A stretch of DNA of 64,000 nt from Oligoflexales bacterium. GTDB taxonomy: Bacteria; Bdellovibrionota_B; Oligoflexia; Oligoflexales; Bog-1112. The DNA is taken from NCBI GenBank assembly GCA_045106415.1, contig JBGCEP010000014.1, positions 28,460 to 92,459 on the forward strand. Direction: 5' to 3'. How positions within the stretch are numbered: the first letter of the stretch is position 1; each line of letters begins with the position of its first letter. The notes under the pieces were generated by a model. It did no database searches. It was not told the DNA's origin and was given only the letters and a program-made list of their open reading frames with translations. A program made the translations under genes and the position numbers. Below, piece by piece: positions 20,021 to 29,289 of the stretch.

Positions 20021-20575
20021 TTATTCTTTAGGCTTTTGAGTGTTCTGATCTTGAGTGGCGTTCTCTGAACTTGTATCTGCTTTTCGCCTTTGTGCAGCAG
20101 AACCGTCATCTTTGACTAAAGAGCCGTGTTTTTTTTCTAGTGACTCTGCAAGTTCGTTAAGGTGAAGAGCGAGGCTCTGCATCTCATCATGAGCGCGAAT
20201 CTTTACTCTTGAGTGATATCGGCCGCTTTTTAATTCAATAATGAGCCTTTCGAGTGAGACCATAGGGCCGTAATAACGGTGAGTTAGCTTGAAAACAACC
20301 CAGAATAAAATTATGAGATAAGCCACAATGGCAAATATTAACTGAGAGATGTTCATGATGAAGACTTCGTCAGTCACGACTTCCCATTGTAGGTCAGGAT
20401 CAACAACCTGGAAAATCCTCATGACATGACTGTATTGTTGTTTAAAGGAGTCAATAAATAAATATGCAAGAATGCCAACAAATGCGAATGAAAGAGCGAT
20501 CATATACAAGCCAAACTTGATCTGACGAAATGGCTCGACGAGAGTTGATCGAATGGAACGTGATTGTCTACTCAT
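20021..20575 (-). CDS. Two-TM + HAMP domain membrane protein with no output domain
   Basis: Two hydrophobic segments, then THRYYGPMVSLE...RAHDEMQSLALHLNELA (HAMP). AGGAGG RBS. Confidence 0.75.
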   Translation of the reverse strand: MSRQSRSIRSTLVEPFRQIKFGLYMIALSFAFVGILAYLFIDSFKQQYSHVMRIFQVVDPDLQWEVVTDEVFIMNISQLIFAIVAYLIILFWVVFKLTHRYYGPMVSLERLIIELKSGRYHSRVKIRAHDEMQSLALHLNELAESLEKKHGSLVKDDGSAAQRRKADTSSENATQDQNTQKPKE

Positions 20576-20597
20576 CTTATCCTCCTACCTTTACAGG

Positions 20598-20624
20598 GTA
20601 TCGGAAAGAAAGATTTGAGCTTGA
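20598..20624 (-). promoter_or_regulatory. Sigma28/FliA-like promoter
   Basis: Minus strand TCAA-N15-TCCGATAC, ~23 nt upstream of the HAMP gene start. Confidence 0.6.
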
Positions 20625-20757
20625 ACTTCGGTGTTTATATTTTGATTTTTTCTATTATTTTCTTTTAAAATTAATATGTTATGTTTCTGAGGCCTTTTTT
20701 TTTTGAGAGTTATACATGAGAAGAAAGAATGAAAAAGTATTTTAAATGAAACTCATG

Positions 20758-20786
20758 TTGAACATGGCTTGTGACTCAGGTAGTAT
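20758..20786 (+). promoter_or_regulatory. Sigma70-like promoter for the basic microprotein
   Basis: TTGAAC (20758-20763), 17-nt spacer, TAGTAT (20781-20786). Confidence 0.55.
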
Positions 20787-20828
20787 TGGCCACCTTAATT
20801 GGTGCGTGATATTTTCGTGGAGGCTAGC

Positions 20829-20936
20829 GTGCACGGCTCAAGACATCGTAGAAAACATCCTAAGGGACGTCGTAAAGTGGGACGTAAAAAACGTCGCATG
20901 ATGAGAAAACGTCGTATGCTTAGAACTCGTAAGTAG
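20829..20936 (+). CDS. 35-aa Arg/Lys-rich microprotein (not in the ORF track)
   Basis: GGAGG RBS then GTG: MHGSRHRRKHPKGRRKVGRKKRRMMRKRRMLRTRK*. CGT-rich Arg codons. Flanked by a promoter and a terminator. Confidence 0.75.
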   Translation: MHGSRHRRKHPKGRRKVGRKKRRMMRKRRMLRTRK

Positions 20937-20943
20937 AGTACAA

Positions 20944-20984
20944 GAGTTTTGCACCATTACTGGTTTCAGTTTTGGTGCAGACTC
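20944..20984 (+). terminator. Intrinsic terminator-like hairpin after the microprotein
   Basis: GAGTTTTGCACCA...TGGTGCAGACTC stem with an inner ACTG/CAGT stem, followed by a T-rich tract. Confidence 0.6.
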
Positions 20985-21263
20985 AGCTCTTTCTTCTGTT
21001 TTGTTTTTTCAATCAAAATACCTTCTGTTCTTAGAAGGTTACCCCTTGCTTGCAACGAATATAAAAAAATTGTATTGAGATATAAAATATCCTGAGATAT
21101 GGTTTAAAGTTTTGTATTCTTTATGAGACTGTAATTTCTAGGTTTTTTCCTAGGTTCTCCATTGCTTTTCCAAAAAATCTCCTTCTATAATAGAAAACAT
21201 AATTACCACACAGCCGTGGAAATGTTGTGCTTTTAATGGTGCACTTCCAAAGGGGTCGCGGAT

Positions 21264-21956
21264 ATGATCGAGTTTCTTTACCGTCTCAGTGATGCTTTGC
21301 CTTCGTGGGAGCCAGATGCCGAGTGGAGTTTGGCCCGTGTTTCCGAGGAGACTCAGACTTCGGTGTCTTATGTTCTTCAATGTTTTAGTGATGTTCTCGA
21401 AAGAGATTTTGATATCACTGAGTCGATGACATTGAAAGACGCAGCCCGAGTTGTTGAAGTCTTAAGGGATCGTTGTCGCGATGAAATCGTACAGCGAGAG
21501 CGTTTTGCTGAGCAAAAAAGACATGTTGCTGTTGAGGCGTATGATCGTGCAATGGATCGGTTACGCGTCACGCTTTACCGAAAGCAATGGTACTCTGCTT
21601 TTCGGGGTCTTTGTTACTTCACTGGTCAGTATGAAGAAAATCTTCCGCGAGAGCTCGTGGTAAATCTTTGTAGTGAGATTGTGAGAGTGGGCATTAAGTC
21701 AGATGCAAATATTCAAGAATTAGGTCGCTGGTTAGAGCATGGCGTCTCTGTTTCTATGACAGCACAGTCGAGAGAAGGTGTTGAAGATGCTTTGGATTTG
21801 GTTGATGCGTATGCTGCTCATTTTTTAGATGAAGTATCAGGTAATGGCATGAGACTGCTTGGAAATATTCTTGCTATTCTTGAAGAGCCTTCGGCTCGCT
21901 TTGAGTTATGGCAGCAATATAAAGACTTAGTTGATGGCCTTTACCCTGCTTCGTAA
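21264..21956 (+). CDS. Hypothetical alpha-helical protein
   Basis: 230-aa ORF with AAAGGGG upstream, co-oriented with the downstream Lon-like gene. Confidence 0.7.
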   Translation: MIEFLYRLSDALPSWEPDAEWSLARVSEETQTSVSYVLQCFSDVLERDFDITESMTLKDAARVVEVLRDRCRDEIVQRERFAEQKRHVAVEAYDRAMDRLRVTLYRKQWYSAFRGLCYFTGQYEENLPRELVVNLCSEIVRVGIKSDANIQELGRWLEHGVSVSMTAQSREGVEDALDLVDAYAAHFLDEVSGNGMRLLGNILAILEEPSARFELWQQYKDLVDGLYPAS

Positions 21957-21988
21957 TATGAACAACATTTTGATGATGCTGGAGACCT

Positions 21989-24481
21989 ATGGGACACCGA
22001 AAAAAGTCAGAGCGTAGTTTACCAGCGCCTTTAGTATCAAAAGATGTGTTTCGCGGTTGCTCGTTGAGTAACTTTTCTTTCAGATCGACCCGGAGTGTTC
22101 GCTCGAAAGATGAGATTATTGCTCAAGAGCAAGCGTTAGCAGCTTTAGAGTTTGGTCTTGGTGTGAAACAACCTGGGTATCATATTTATGTATCCGGGCC
22201 ACCAGGAACAGGGCAAATGGGTGTGATTCGTTCTTTTCTTGAAAAGTTTGTGACTCATACGCAAGCTCCTCAAGACTGGGTTTATGTTTATAATTTTGAG
22301 AAAAAATATGAGCCTCAAATTATAGGGTTTCCCACAGGAGAAGGCGCTGTTTTTGCCAACATGATGGAAGAGTCTATTCGTGAGATGAAAGACCACCTCC
22401 ATCATGCTTTTTCGAGTAGTGATTATGAAAACGCTGTGAATCAACACTTCTCTGAAATGAGTGATGAGGAATCAAAGCAGTTTTCAACTCTGGAAAAAGT
22501 AGCTAGAGAGCATGGTTTTCAGATTCGTACTTCAAAAACAGGGATGGAGTCCGTACCTGTTGTTGGTGGGCGTGCGTTGTCAGAAAAAGAATACTCTCGT
22601 CTTGGAGATGAAGATCGCCGTAAAATTGAACAGAATCGAACAGACCTTGATGTCGAAATGCTGCAGTTCGCGAGATCTGTCCGGCATATGGAAGAAGATA
22701 GTCGTCGTTTTGTTTCTGATCTACAAATAGAAATAGCAAGTCAAATTGTTGATATATGTTTAGAATCTATTTTCACTCAATACTCTAAAACACCTCAAAT
22801 ACCAGGGTATTTAGAAGATATTAAAACAGATATCTTAAAAAACATTGATTTGTTTATGGAAGATAGCGCAGAGCAGTCTGCTCAGCAGCACACACATGAT
22901 ATGCATCAAGATCGAGATGCTAAGTTGCATATGCGGCGTTATGCTGTGAACTTGTTTGTGGATCATCGTAAAACACAAACAGCACCTGTTGTCGTTGAGA
23001 GTAACCCCACTTATTATAACTTGTTTGGGAAAATTGAGAAGCAAGTTGATAGTGGTTTGTATTCAACTGATTTTACAATGATACAAGCAGGAGCTATTCA
23101 TCGTGCAAACGGTGGTTATTTGTTGGTCAACGCAGAAGATATTCTGCGTCTTCCTTCTGCTTGGGAAACTTTGAAAAGGCTTCTTCGCCATCAGCAAGGG
23201 TTTATTGAAGACCTCGGTGAACAAGTAGCATTACTGCCAACATCGGGTTTAAAACCTCAACCTCTGGATCTTGATGTTAAAGTCATCATGATTGGTAACG
23301 AAGACTTATACCATTTGTTGTTTGAGATGGATGAAGACTTTTCTCGCGTTTTTCGTGTGAAATCAGAGTTTCGAGAAAAAATGCCCTGGAACTCAAAAGG
23401 CTTGAGAGCTTATACAGAATTTGTGAGTACACGATGCGAACGAGAAGGATTGCGTGCATTTCATAAAAGTGCAATGGCCTCTCTGGTGGAGTATGGGTCG
23501 CGGCTTGCGGAAGATAGAGAGTATCTTTCAACCCGCTTTAGCCAACTTAAATCTGTGTGTATTGAAGCTGACTATATCGCAGGGCAAAGGTCAGCAAAAC
23601 AAGTACTGCGAGAAGATGTTGAACAAGCCCTTGATCAACAAGTTCAAAGAGTCAATCGAGTTGAGCTTGAGACCTTGGAAATGATGAAACAAAATCAACT
23701 GATGTTTTCTTTTCGAGGTAAAAAAGTTGGTCAAGTCCATGGCCTGATGGTTTGTGATTACGGTGACCACCAGTTCGGTCGACCAGGCCGTATTACATGC
23801 AGCGCGTATGTGAATGATGAAGGCATCATTAACGTTGAAAGAGCAAGCCGTATGTCTGGGCGTATACATGATAAAGGAATGTATATTCTGACCGGTTTTT
23901 TAAATTCTTATCTTGCTCGAGATCGAGCCATGGGGTTGTCTGCCTCCATTGTTTTTGAGCAGTCTTACGGTGGTGTTGATGGAGATAGTGCAACGACTGC
24001 TGAATTAACAGCGATAGTGAGTGCTATGTCTGGCGTTGCTATTGATCAGTCTTTTGCTATGACGGGAAGTCTGAATCAATTAGGTGAAGTTCAACCTGTT
24101 GGTGGGATTAATGAAAAACTCGAGGGTTTTTATAGTGCCTGGGAAACTTTGGAAGGCCGCAGAAAAGGTGCTGTGTGTCGTGTCGTGATTCCTGAAAGTA
24201 ATGTGAGGCATCTCGTTTTATACGGTGCTGCAAAAGAAGCCATTGAATCCGGTCGTATGGAAGTTTATCCAGCTCAGTATTTTTGGCAAGTATTTGAGTT
24301 GGCAACAGGGGTTCCTTTCGGTGCTCAAGAAATGCATGTTCTTGAGTTTGAAGAAGGGTCTGCGTTGTCATCGATTGCGCAAAGACTCGACGGGCTTGAA
24401 GAAAGAGAAGATCATAAAATGATGCCTCCGCAAGTCTCAGAAAGGCATATGCCAGAGATGAGTGCTCGAACAAAGTCTTAA
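21989..24481 (+). CDS. Lon-like S16 protease (LonB/LonC type)
   Basis: PVVVESNPTYYNLFG, AGAIHRANGGYL, and catalytic FEQSYGGVDGDSA (Ser) with VGGINEK (Lys). Walker A is degenerate (GPPGTGQ). Confidence 0.88.
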   Translation: MGHRKKSERSLPAPLVSKDVFRGCSLSNFSFRSTRSVRSKDEIIAQEQALAALEFGLGVKQPGYHIYVSGPPGTGQMGVIRSFLEKFVTHTQAPQDWVYVYNFEKKYEPQIIGFPTGEGAVFANMMEESIREMKDHLHHAFSSSDYENAVNQHFSEMSDEESKQFSTLEKVAREHGFQIRTSKTGMESVPVVGGRALSEKEYSRLGDEDRRKIEQNRTDLDVEMLQFARSVRHMEEDSRRFVSDLQIEIASQIVDICLESIFTQYSKTPQIPGYLEDIKTDILKNIDLFMEDSAEQSAQQHTHDMHQDRDAKLHMRRYAVNLFVDHRKTQTAPVVVESNPTYYNLFGKIEKQVDSGLYSTDFTMIQAGAIHRANGGYLLVNAEDILRLPSAWETLKRLLRHQQGFIEDLGEQVALLPTSGLKPQPLDLDVKVIMIGNEDLYHLLFEMDEDFSRVFRVKSEFREKMPWNSKGLRAYTEFVSTRCEREGLRAFHKSAMASLVEYGSRLAEDREYLSTRFSQLKSVCIEADYIAGQRSAKQVLREDVEQALDQQVQRVNRVELETLEMMKQNQLMFSFRGKKVGQVHGLMVCDYGDHQFGRPGRITCSAYVNDEGIINVERASRMSGRIHDKGMYILTGFLNSYLARDRAMGLSASIVFEQSYGGVDGDSATTAELTAIVSAMSGVAIDQSFAMTGSLNQLGEVQPVGGINEKLEGFYSAWETLEGRRKGAVCRVVIPESNVRHLVLYGAAKEAIESGRMEVYPAQYFWQVFELATGVPFGAQEMHVLEFEEGSALSSIAQRLDGLEEREDHKMMPPQVSERHMPEMSARTKS

Positions 24482-24678
24482 GGCGTATCGAGATCGGTTT
24501 CTTGGAGAAGGTCGATAAGGACATGGTGGTCTGATGGGCAAGGGAATACTTGCTCAGCCACGATGTCCTTTTTAGCTTGGTCCCAAGGGTTCTCACTTAG
24601 ATGTATCTCTTTAAAGAGGATCCAAGTGTTTTGCAAACAAAGCGCGGATAAAAGAATTAAAAATAAGTTGATCATCAT
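24478..24678 (-). CDS. Small hypothetical membrane/secreted protein
   Basis: AGGAGG RBS right after the mutS2 stop and a hydrophobic N-terminus. Confidence 0.5.
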   Translation of the reverse strand: MMINLFLILLSALCLQNTWILFKEIHLSENPWDQAKKDIVAEQVFPCPSDHHVLIDLLQETDLDTP

Positions 24679-24684
24679 TTCCTC

Positions 24685-26724
24685 CTAGCGTGACCAGGTT
24701 AGATCTTGAAGCGCGACACGGAGTTTTCCTTTTTTTGTTTCGACAGAAACAAATTTCCGAGCTCCTTGAGGGAGGCTGCGAATGACACCAACCTGCTTTA
24801 AACTCACTATCAAAACTTTTACGCCGATTTCAATGCTTTCAGCTGGGATTAATTCATGCTGAGAGGCTTGCAAAGGTGCTGTTTCATCAGTTTGTTGTTT
24901 GACATGCTCCATTTTTTCTTGCAAATCTTTTTTTGTTTCAAGTTGAGGGTTTTTTTCAAAAGCCCTTAATGTTAGGCGAAATTCACGAGACAGTTGTTGA
25001 TAGTTTTTCCGGATTTGTTCATGAAGATTTTGACGGTTTTGTTGATGGAGAAGAATTTCTTGTTGCCACCTTTCTTTTTCCATTAAAACGGCTTGTCGTT
25101 CCTTGAGAAGATCTTTTTTAAGATTTTCTGTTGCAAGGTAAGCCTGCTGGAGCTGTTGGGTGATGTCTTCTAGTTGGTTACGCTGATCCCCCCTTAAAGA
25201 ACGTGCTCGTTGCTGAATAGAAACTGGAATTTTACAAGATGTTGCAATGTCAAAACCAAAACTTTGTCCAGGGATATCAAGTTGAAGTCGGTAGAGAGGG
25301 CGAATGTTTTCGTTGTCGTAAGCCATTGAAGCGTTGCGAAAAGAAGCGTCTTCGATTGCCAGAGTTTTCATGCTTTCATAGTGGGTCGTGACTAAAAAAG
25401 TGCATTTCTTGGTAACAAGGTGCTCTAAAATAGCTTGTGCTAGAGCTGCGCCGGTTTCTGGCTCTGTTCCAACACCAAGCTCATCTAAAAGTACGAGTGT
25501 ACGATGATCAAGATTTTCGATGATATCAGCAATGTGTGTCATGTGAGCAGAAAAAGTGGAAAGATGACTTGTTAGACTTTGGTGGTCGCCGATTTCAATT
25601 TGAATGTTATCGAATAATCTCATTTTTGAATGCGAAGCCGCAGGAATTAGTAAACCGACTCGTGTCATTTGATAAATCAGTCCAACGGTTTTAAGAATTA
25701 CGGTTTTTCCACCGGCGTTTGGTCCTGAAATCACAAGCCCATGGTGTTCTCCCATAATAATGTCATTAGCAACAACGGGATGATCTGTGGAACTTTGTAG
25801 CAAAGGGTGCCTTGCCTCGTAGAGTTCGATTGTTGCTGTCGGATCAAGTGTGATGATGTTTGCTTTTTGCTCAGCTGCGAAAATAGCTCGTGCTTGCAGA
25901 GTATCTAGTGTTGTGAGTGTTTGAGAATTTTTATTGATTTCACAGGAGGATTCTCCAACCTCACAACTGAGCTCTTTTAAGAGCCTCATCGCTTCGATTT
26001 GTTCTTCGACCTCAGTTGCATGAAGAGTGTGATTTAATTCTTCAATGTCACTTGGGTGAATAAATAGAGTTTCCAGGCTTGCTGATGTGTCTATCACGCG
26101 ACCAGGGACGCGACCGTGACCGTCAAGTCTTATAGGGAGAACATATTTCCCTGAGCGTATTGTAAAAAAATGATCTTGAAGATAGGTCTTAGTTGGTTTG
26201 TGGCGCATGAGGTATTCAAGGCGGTTTTCAATACGTTTTCTAAGGTTCCGAATTTGAGACCGCAGTTGTGTGAGTTTTGCGGAAGCATTGTCACTGAGTT
26301 GACCATTAGGAAGGACCCAGGATTCAATTTTGGCTCGTAAACTCTCGAGTGGAAACAGCTGATTTCTAAAATCTTCGAGAGATTCTTTACCGCGCCCGTA
26401 GATTTTAAGAAACTGGTGGCATTGACTTGTGATGTCGAGGATATGTTGGATGTGGCGTAAATCTTCCCCCTCAAGAACACGCCCGACTTTTGCTGCATGT
26501 GTGATGGGCTGTATCGTGTGAAACTCATCGAGAGGGAGGTGCTTTTTTTCAGCGGAAAGCTGTTTGAAAAAAACAGTGATATCCCATAGCTCCTCAATCT
26601 CTGTTTGCTTGAGAGGAGTTTCTAAGTCTTCTGAGAGTTTGGAGCGTCCTGCTGCAGTTGTGCAGTGAGAAATGATATTTGAGACAAGATCAAGCCAGTC
26701 AAGTTGTGTTTTTTCGCGTTCCAT
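24685..26724 (-). CDS. mutS2: MutS2-family protein lacking the C-terminal Smr domain
   Basis: ISGPNAGGKT, IGDHQSL...LSTFSAHM, LLDELGVGTEP, TTHY, a coiled coil and a terminal KOW-like domain. The ORF ends without Smr. Confidence 0.88.
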   Translation of the reverse strand: MEREKTQLDWLDLVSNIISHCTTAAGRSKLSEDLETPLKQTEIEELWDITVFFKQLSAEKKHLPLDEFHTIQPITHAAKVGRVLEGEDLRHIQHILDITSQCHQFLKIYGRGKESLEDFRNQLFPLESLRAKIESWVLPNGQLSDNASAKLTQLRSQIRNLRKRIENRLEYLMRHKPTKTYLQDHFFTIRSGKYVLPIRLDGHGRVPGRVIDTSASLETLFIHPSDIEELNHTLHATEVEEQIEAMRLLKELSCEVGESSCEINKNSQTLTTLDTLQARAIFAAEQKANIITLDPTATIELYEARHPLLQSSTDHPVVANDIIMGEHHGLVISGPNAGGKTVILKTVGLIYQMTRVGLLIPAASHSKMRLFDNIQIEIGDHQSLTSHLSTFSAHMTHIADIIENLDHRTLVLLDELGVGTEPETGAALAQAILEHLVTKKCTFLVTTHYESMKTLAIEDASFRNASMAYDNENIRPLYRLQLDIPGQSFGFDIATSCKIPVSIQQRARSLRGDQRNQLEDITQQLQQAYLATENLKKDLLKERQAVLMEKERWQQEILLHQQNRQNLHEQIRKNYQQLSREFRLTLRAFEKNPQLETKKDLQEKMEHVKQQTDETAPLQASQHELIPAESIEIGVKVLIVSLKQVGVIRSLPQGARKFVSVETKKGKLRVALQDLTWSR

Positions 26725-26884
26725 TAAAAGTCTCTCCAGAGTGATAAATCCATCCTCGAGCCACATCTTTGCCATACTTACGGTCGAGGCGCAAGAAACA
26801 TAGAGTGTTTGGTAGCTGTGACTAGCAACATGTTGTGAAGTGATGCACAATGCGAGCGAGAGAAATCTATGAAATGAGGGTGTT

Positions 26885-27706
26885 ATGTGGATGTGGAGAC
26901 CTGTTGGTGTGATTGAAGTCAGTATGTTTTTGACAGGGCTGCTTTTAGGGAGTTTTTTTAATGTTTGTATTTACCGAGTGCCTCGAGAAGAATTTTTTGC
27001 TTCTGCGCGTTCGAGATGCCCGCGCTGTTTTGAAATGATACCTTTCTGGTGGAATATTCCTGTCTTGAGTTACCTTGTCCTTAAAGGGAAGTCCAACTGC
27101 TGTCAGAAGCCTATTTCTATACGCTACCCCTTAGTCGAGATTCTAACGGCATGTTTATTTGTTGTGGCTTATCGCTCCTTTCCTTTTTTATATACACTCA
27201 GTGAGCCATGGGTGTTTCAACCCTTACAGTGTCTACGGTGGGCTCATGCGTTGTTTTTGATGTGTTTTTTATTTGTGTGTTCGGTCATTGATTTGGAGCA
27301 TATGATTATTCCTGATGTGTTTTCGCTGCCCATGCTGGCAATGACACCTTTAGCAGTCTGGTTACACCCGGAGTTAAGTTGGCATAGCTCTCTTGCTGGA
27401 ATTATTGCTGGCTGGGCGATGGTTACTATTCCTTCTTGGCTCTACCTTATTCTTCGCAAGCAAGAAGGAATGGGTATGGGAGACGCTAAGCTTCTTGCTG
27501 TGATTGGTGGGTGGTTAGGTGTGGAATCTGTTTTTCCGACAATGTTCTTTGGGTCGATCTTAGGCTCGTTTGTTGGAGTATCTTGGATGATTGTTACTCG
27601 TAAGATGGATATGAAGCTAGCCATTCCGTTTGGCCCCTTTCTATCATTAGGGGCGGTTACACACCTCTTAGGAGGGGCTGCTCTGTCTAGGTGGATCTGG
27701 CCGTAA
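26885..27706 (+). CDS. pilD: Prepilin peptidase / N-methyltransferase
   Basis: GSFFNVCIYRVP, SRCPRC, NIPVLSYL.LKGK..CC, ISIRYPLVE, IDLEHMIIPD, GMGMGDAKL and IPFGPFL. Confidence 0.93.
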   Translation: MWMWRPVGVIEVSMFLTGLLLGSFFNVCIYRVPREEFFASARSRCPRCFEMIPFWWNIPVLSYLVLKGKSNCCQKPISIRYPLVEILTACLFVVAYRSFPFLYTLSEPWVFQPLQCLRWAHALFLMCFLFVCSVIDLEHMIIPDVFSLPMLAMTPLAVWLHPELSWHSSLAGIIAGWAMVTIPSWLYLILRKQEGMGMGDAKLLAVIGGWLGVESVFPTMFFGSILGSFVGVSWMIVTRKMDMKLAIPFGPFLSLGAVTHLLGGAALSRWIWP

Positions 27707-27771
27707 CTTATGAGAGAATAGAAGTCTTCATCAGTGAGTGTGAAATTTGACCGCGTCATCGTGAGGCTTGA

Positions 27772-28710
27772 ATGAAAGAATGGAATGATAGACTCTGGCA
27801 GGTGAGCTCGCTGCAGGATTTAGAGGCGTCTTGCAGGGACATTTCTTGGGGGGGAGGCAAATGGGAAATTGATTTTTTTCGTTTCCAATGGAAAGGGCAA
27901 GAAGTTTTTATCACACCCGCCTTTGAACGCTCTTATGACAGAGTTTTTGATTCGAATATTTATCAATTTTTGAGAAATAACTTAAAAGATTATGCAGGCA
28001 GAAAGGTTCAAAACCGCAGTTGTGGCCATTTAGTTTTTGGGGGATTTGAATGTGTTTGGGCGCAGCAATTTGGGGCGGTCTGGCGTGTTGATGAAGTACC
28101 TGAGAATGTTAAGCAACAGTTGCAGCGAGAGCTTCACTGGGGGCATCGTTTGATTGAAGCTGAAGCGTTGATTTATCAGGATGATTTGACAGGCTTATAT
28201 AATTATAGGTGCCTCGAAAGTATGCTTGAAACCGAGATGAGAAGAGCAGCCCGATTTGAAACGAATTTCAGTCTTATTTTTCTAGATGTTGATAATTTTA
28301 AAGAGATTAATGATGCTCACGGTCATTTGGTGGGTAGTGCTGTCTTGAAGGGTGTTGCAAATGCTTTGAACGGTGCGGTGCGGGAAGTAGATAGCGTTTT
28401 CCGCTACGGTGGGGACGAGTATGTGGTTCTTGCGTTGGGTGCTGATGGTGCTTTGGGTGTGAGAATTGCAGAAAGAGTTAGAGAAGCTGTTGCTTCGGCT
28501 TCCTTCTGTGTTGGAGATCAAGTCATTCGAGTCACCCTTTCTATTGGTATTGCTTCGTATCCTGAACACGGAAGAGAGAGTCGTGTTTTATTAGATCATG
28601 CGGATCGTGCCATGTATGGGAGCAAGCACTCAGGTAAAAATTGCGTTACAAGGTTTATGGAGGAGAAGCATGGAACAAGAGAAAAAAGCAGCAAAGAACT
28701 CTTGGGTTGA
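27772..28710 (+). CDS. Diguanylate cyclase (GGDEF)
   Basis: DDLTGLYN, DVDNFKEIND.HGH, I-site REVD, RYGGDEY and ADRAMY.SK.SGKN. Confidence 0.9.
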   Translation: MKEWNDRLWQVSSLQDLEASCRDISWGGGKWEIDFFRFQWKGQEVFITPAFERSYDRVFDSNIYQFLRNNLKDYAGRKVQNRSCGHLVFGGFECVWAQQFGAVWRVDEVPENVKQQLQRELHWGHRLIEAEALIYQDDLTGLYNYRCLESMLETEMRRAARFETNFSLIFLDVDNFKEINDAHGHLVGSAVLKGVANALNGAVREVDSVFRYGGDEYVVLALGADGALGVRIAERVREAVASASFCVGDQVIRVTLSIGIASYPEHGRESRVLLDHADRAMYGSKHSGKNCVTRFMEEKHGTREKSSKELLG

Positions 28711-29185
28711 AATGACAGAAATGGTCTTGCCTCAGCATACAAATGCACTGGGGACTGTTTTTGGTGGAGTCGTTCTGTCTTGGGTGGATATTGCAGCGGC
28801 GATTTGCGCTCAAAGACATGCGGGAAAAGCTGTTGTGACGGCATCTATGGATGCGATGCACTTTCTATCCCCGGTCCGATTAGGATGGATTGTGAGTATT
28901 CGAGCATCCGTAAATTATACTTCAAAAACCAGCTGTGAAGTCGGAGTTAAGGTTGTTTCAGAAGATCCTATCTCTAGAGAGAAGCATCATACAGCATCTG
29001 CTTACCTTACAATGGTTGCTCTTGATGGGCATAGTCGTCCAACCCCTATGTCAGGTCTTCTTTTGGAGACAGATGCAGAGCGGCGCAGGTATGAAGAAGC
29101 TGAAGCTCGTCGAGCGAGTCGTTTGGAGTTGAAGCAAACTCTTGAAATGCGCCGATTAAAAAAGTTTGATTCTTCTGAAAAGTGA
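28670..29185 (+). CDS. Acyl-CoA thioesterase (hotdog fold, YciA/ACOT-like)
   Basis: VLPQHTNALGTVFGGVVLSWVD, VVTAS and TSCEVGV. GGAGGAG RBS before the ATG at 28670. Confidence 0.9.
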   Translation: MEQEKKAAKNSWVEMTEMVLPQHTNALGTVFGGVVLSWVDIAAAICAQRHAGKAVVTASMDAMHFLSPVRLGWIVSIRASVNYTSKTSCEVGVKVVSEDPISREKHHTASAYLTMVALDGHSRPTPMSGLLLETDAERRRYEEAEARRASRLELKQTLEMRRLKKFDSSEK

Positions 29186-29216
29186 TGCTTTGACTAAGTA
29201 TTTAATAACTATTCAC

Positions 29217-29243
29217 TGAATATTCTTTATTTTTAGCCGATAA
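29217..29243 (+). promoter_or_regulatory. Sigma28/FliA-like promoter
   Basis: TGAA-N15-GCCGATAA. The -10 element matches the canonical sigma28 box exactly. Confidence 0.6.
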
Positions 29244-29289
29244 GTTTGCCAAAGACCTGGTGATGGTTGCTAGGTCTGCGGAGTCTCTC

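Noticed and set aside
21150..21380. 76-aa minus-strand ORF
   Set aside because: It overlaps the 230-aa plus-strand gene antisense and has no recognisable motif.
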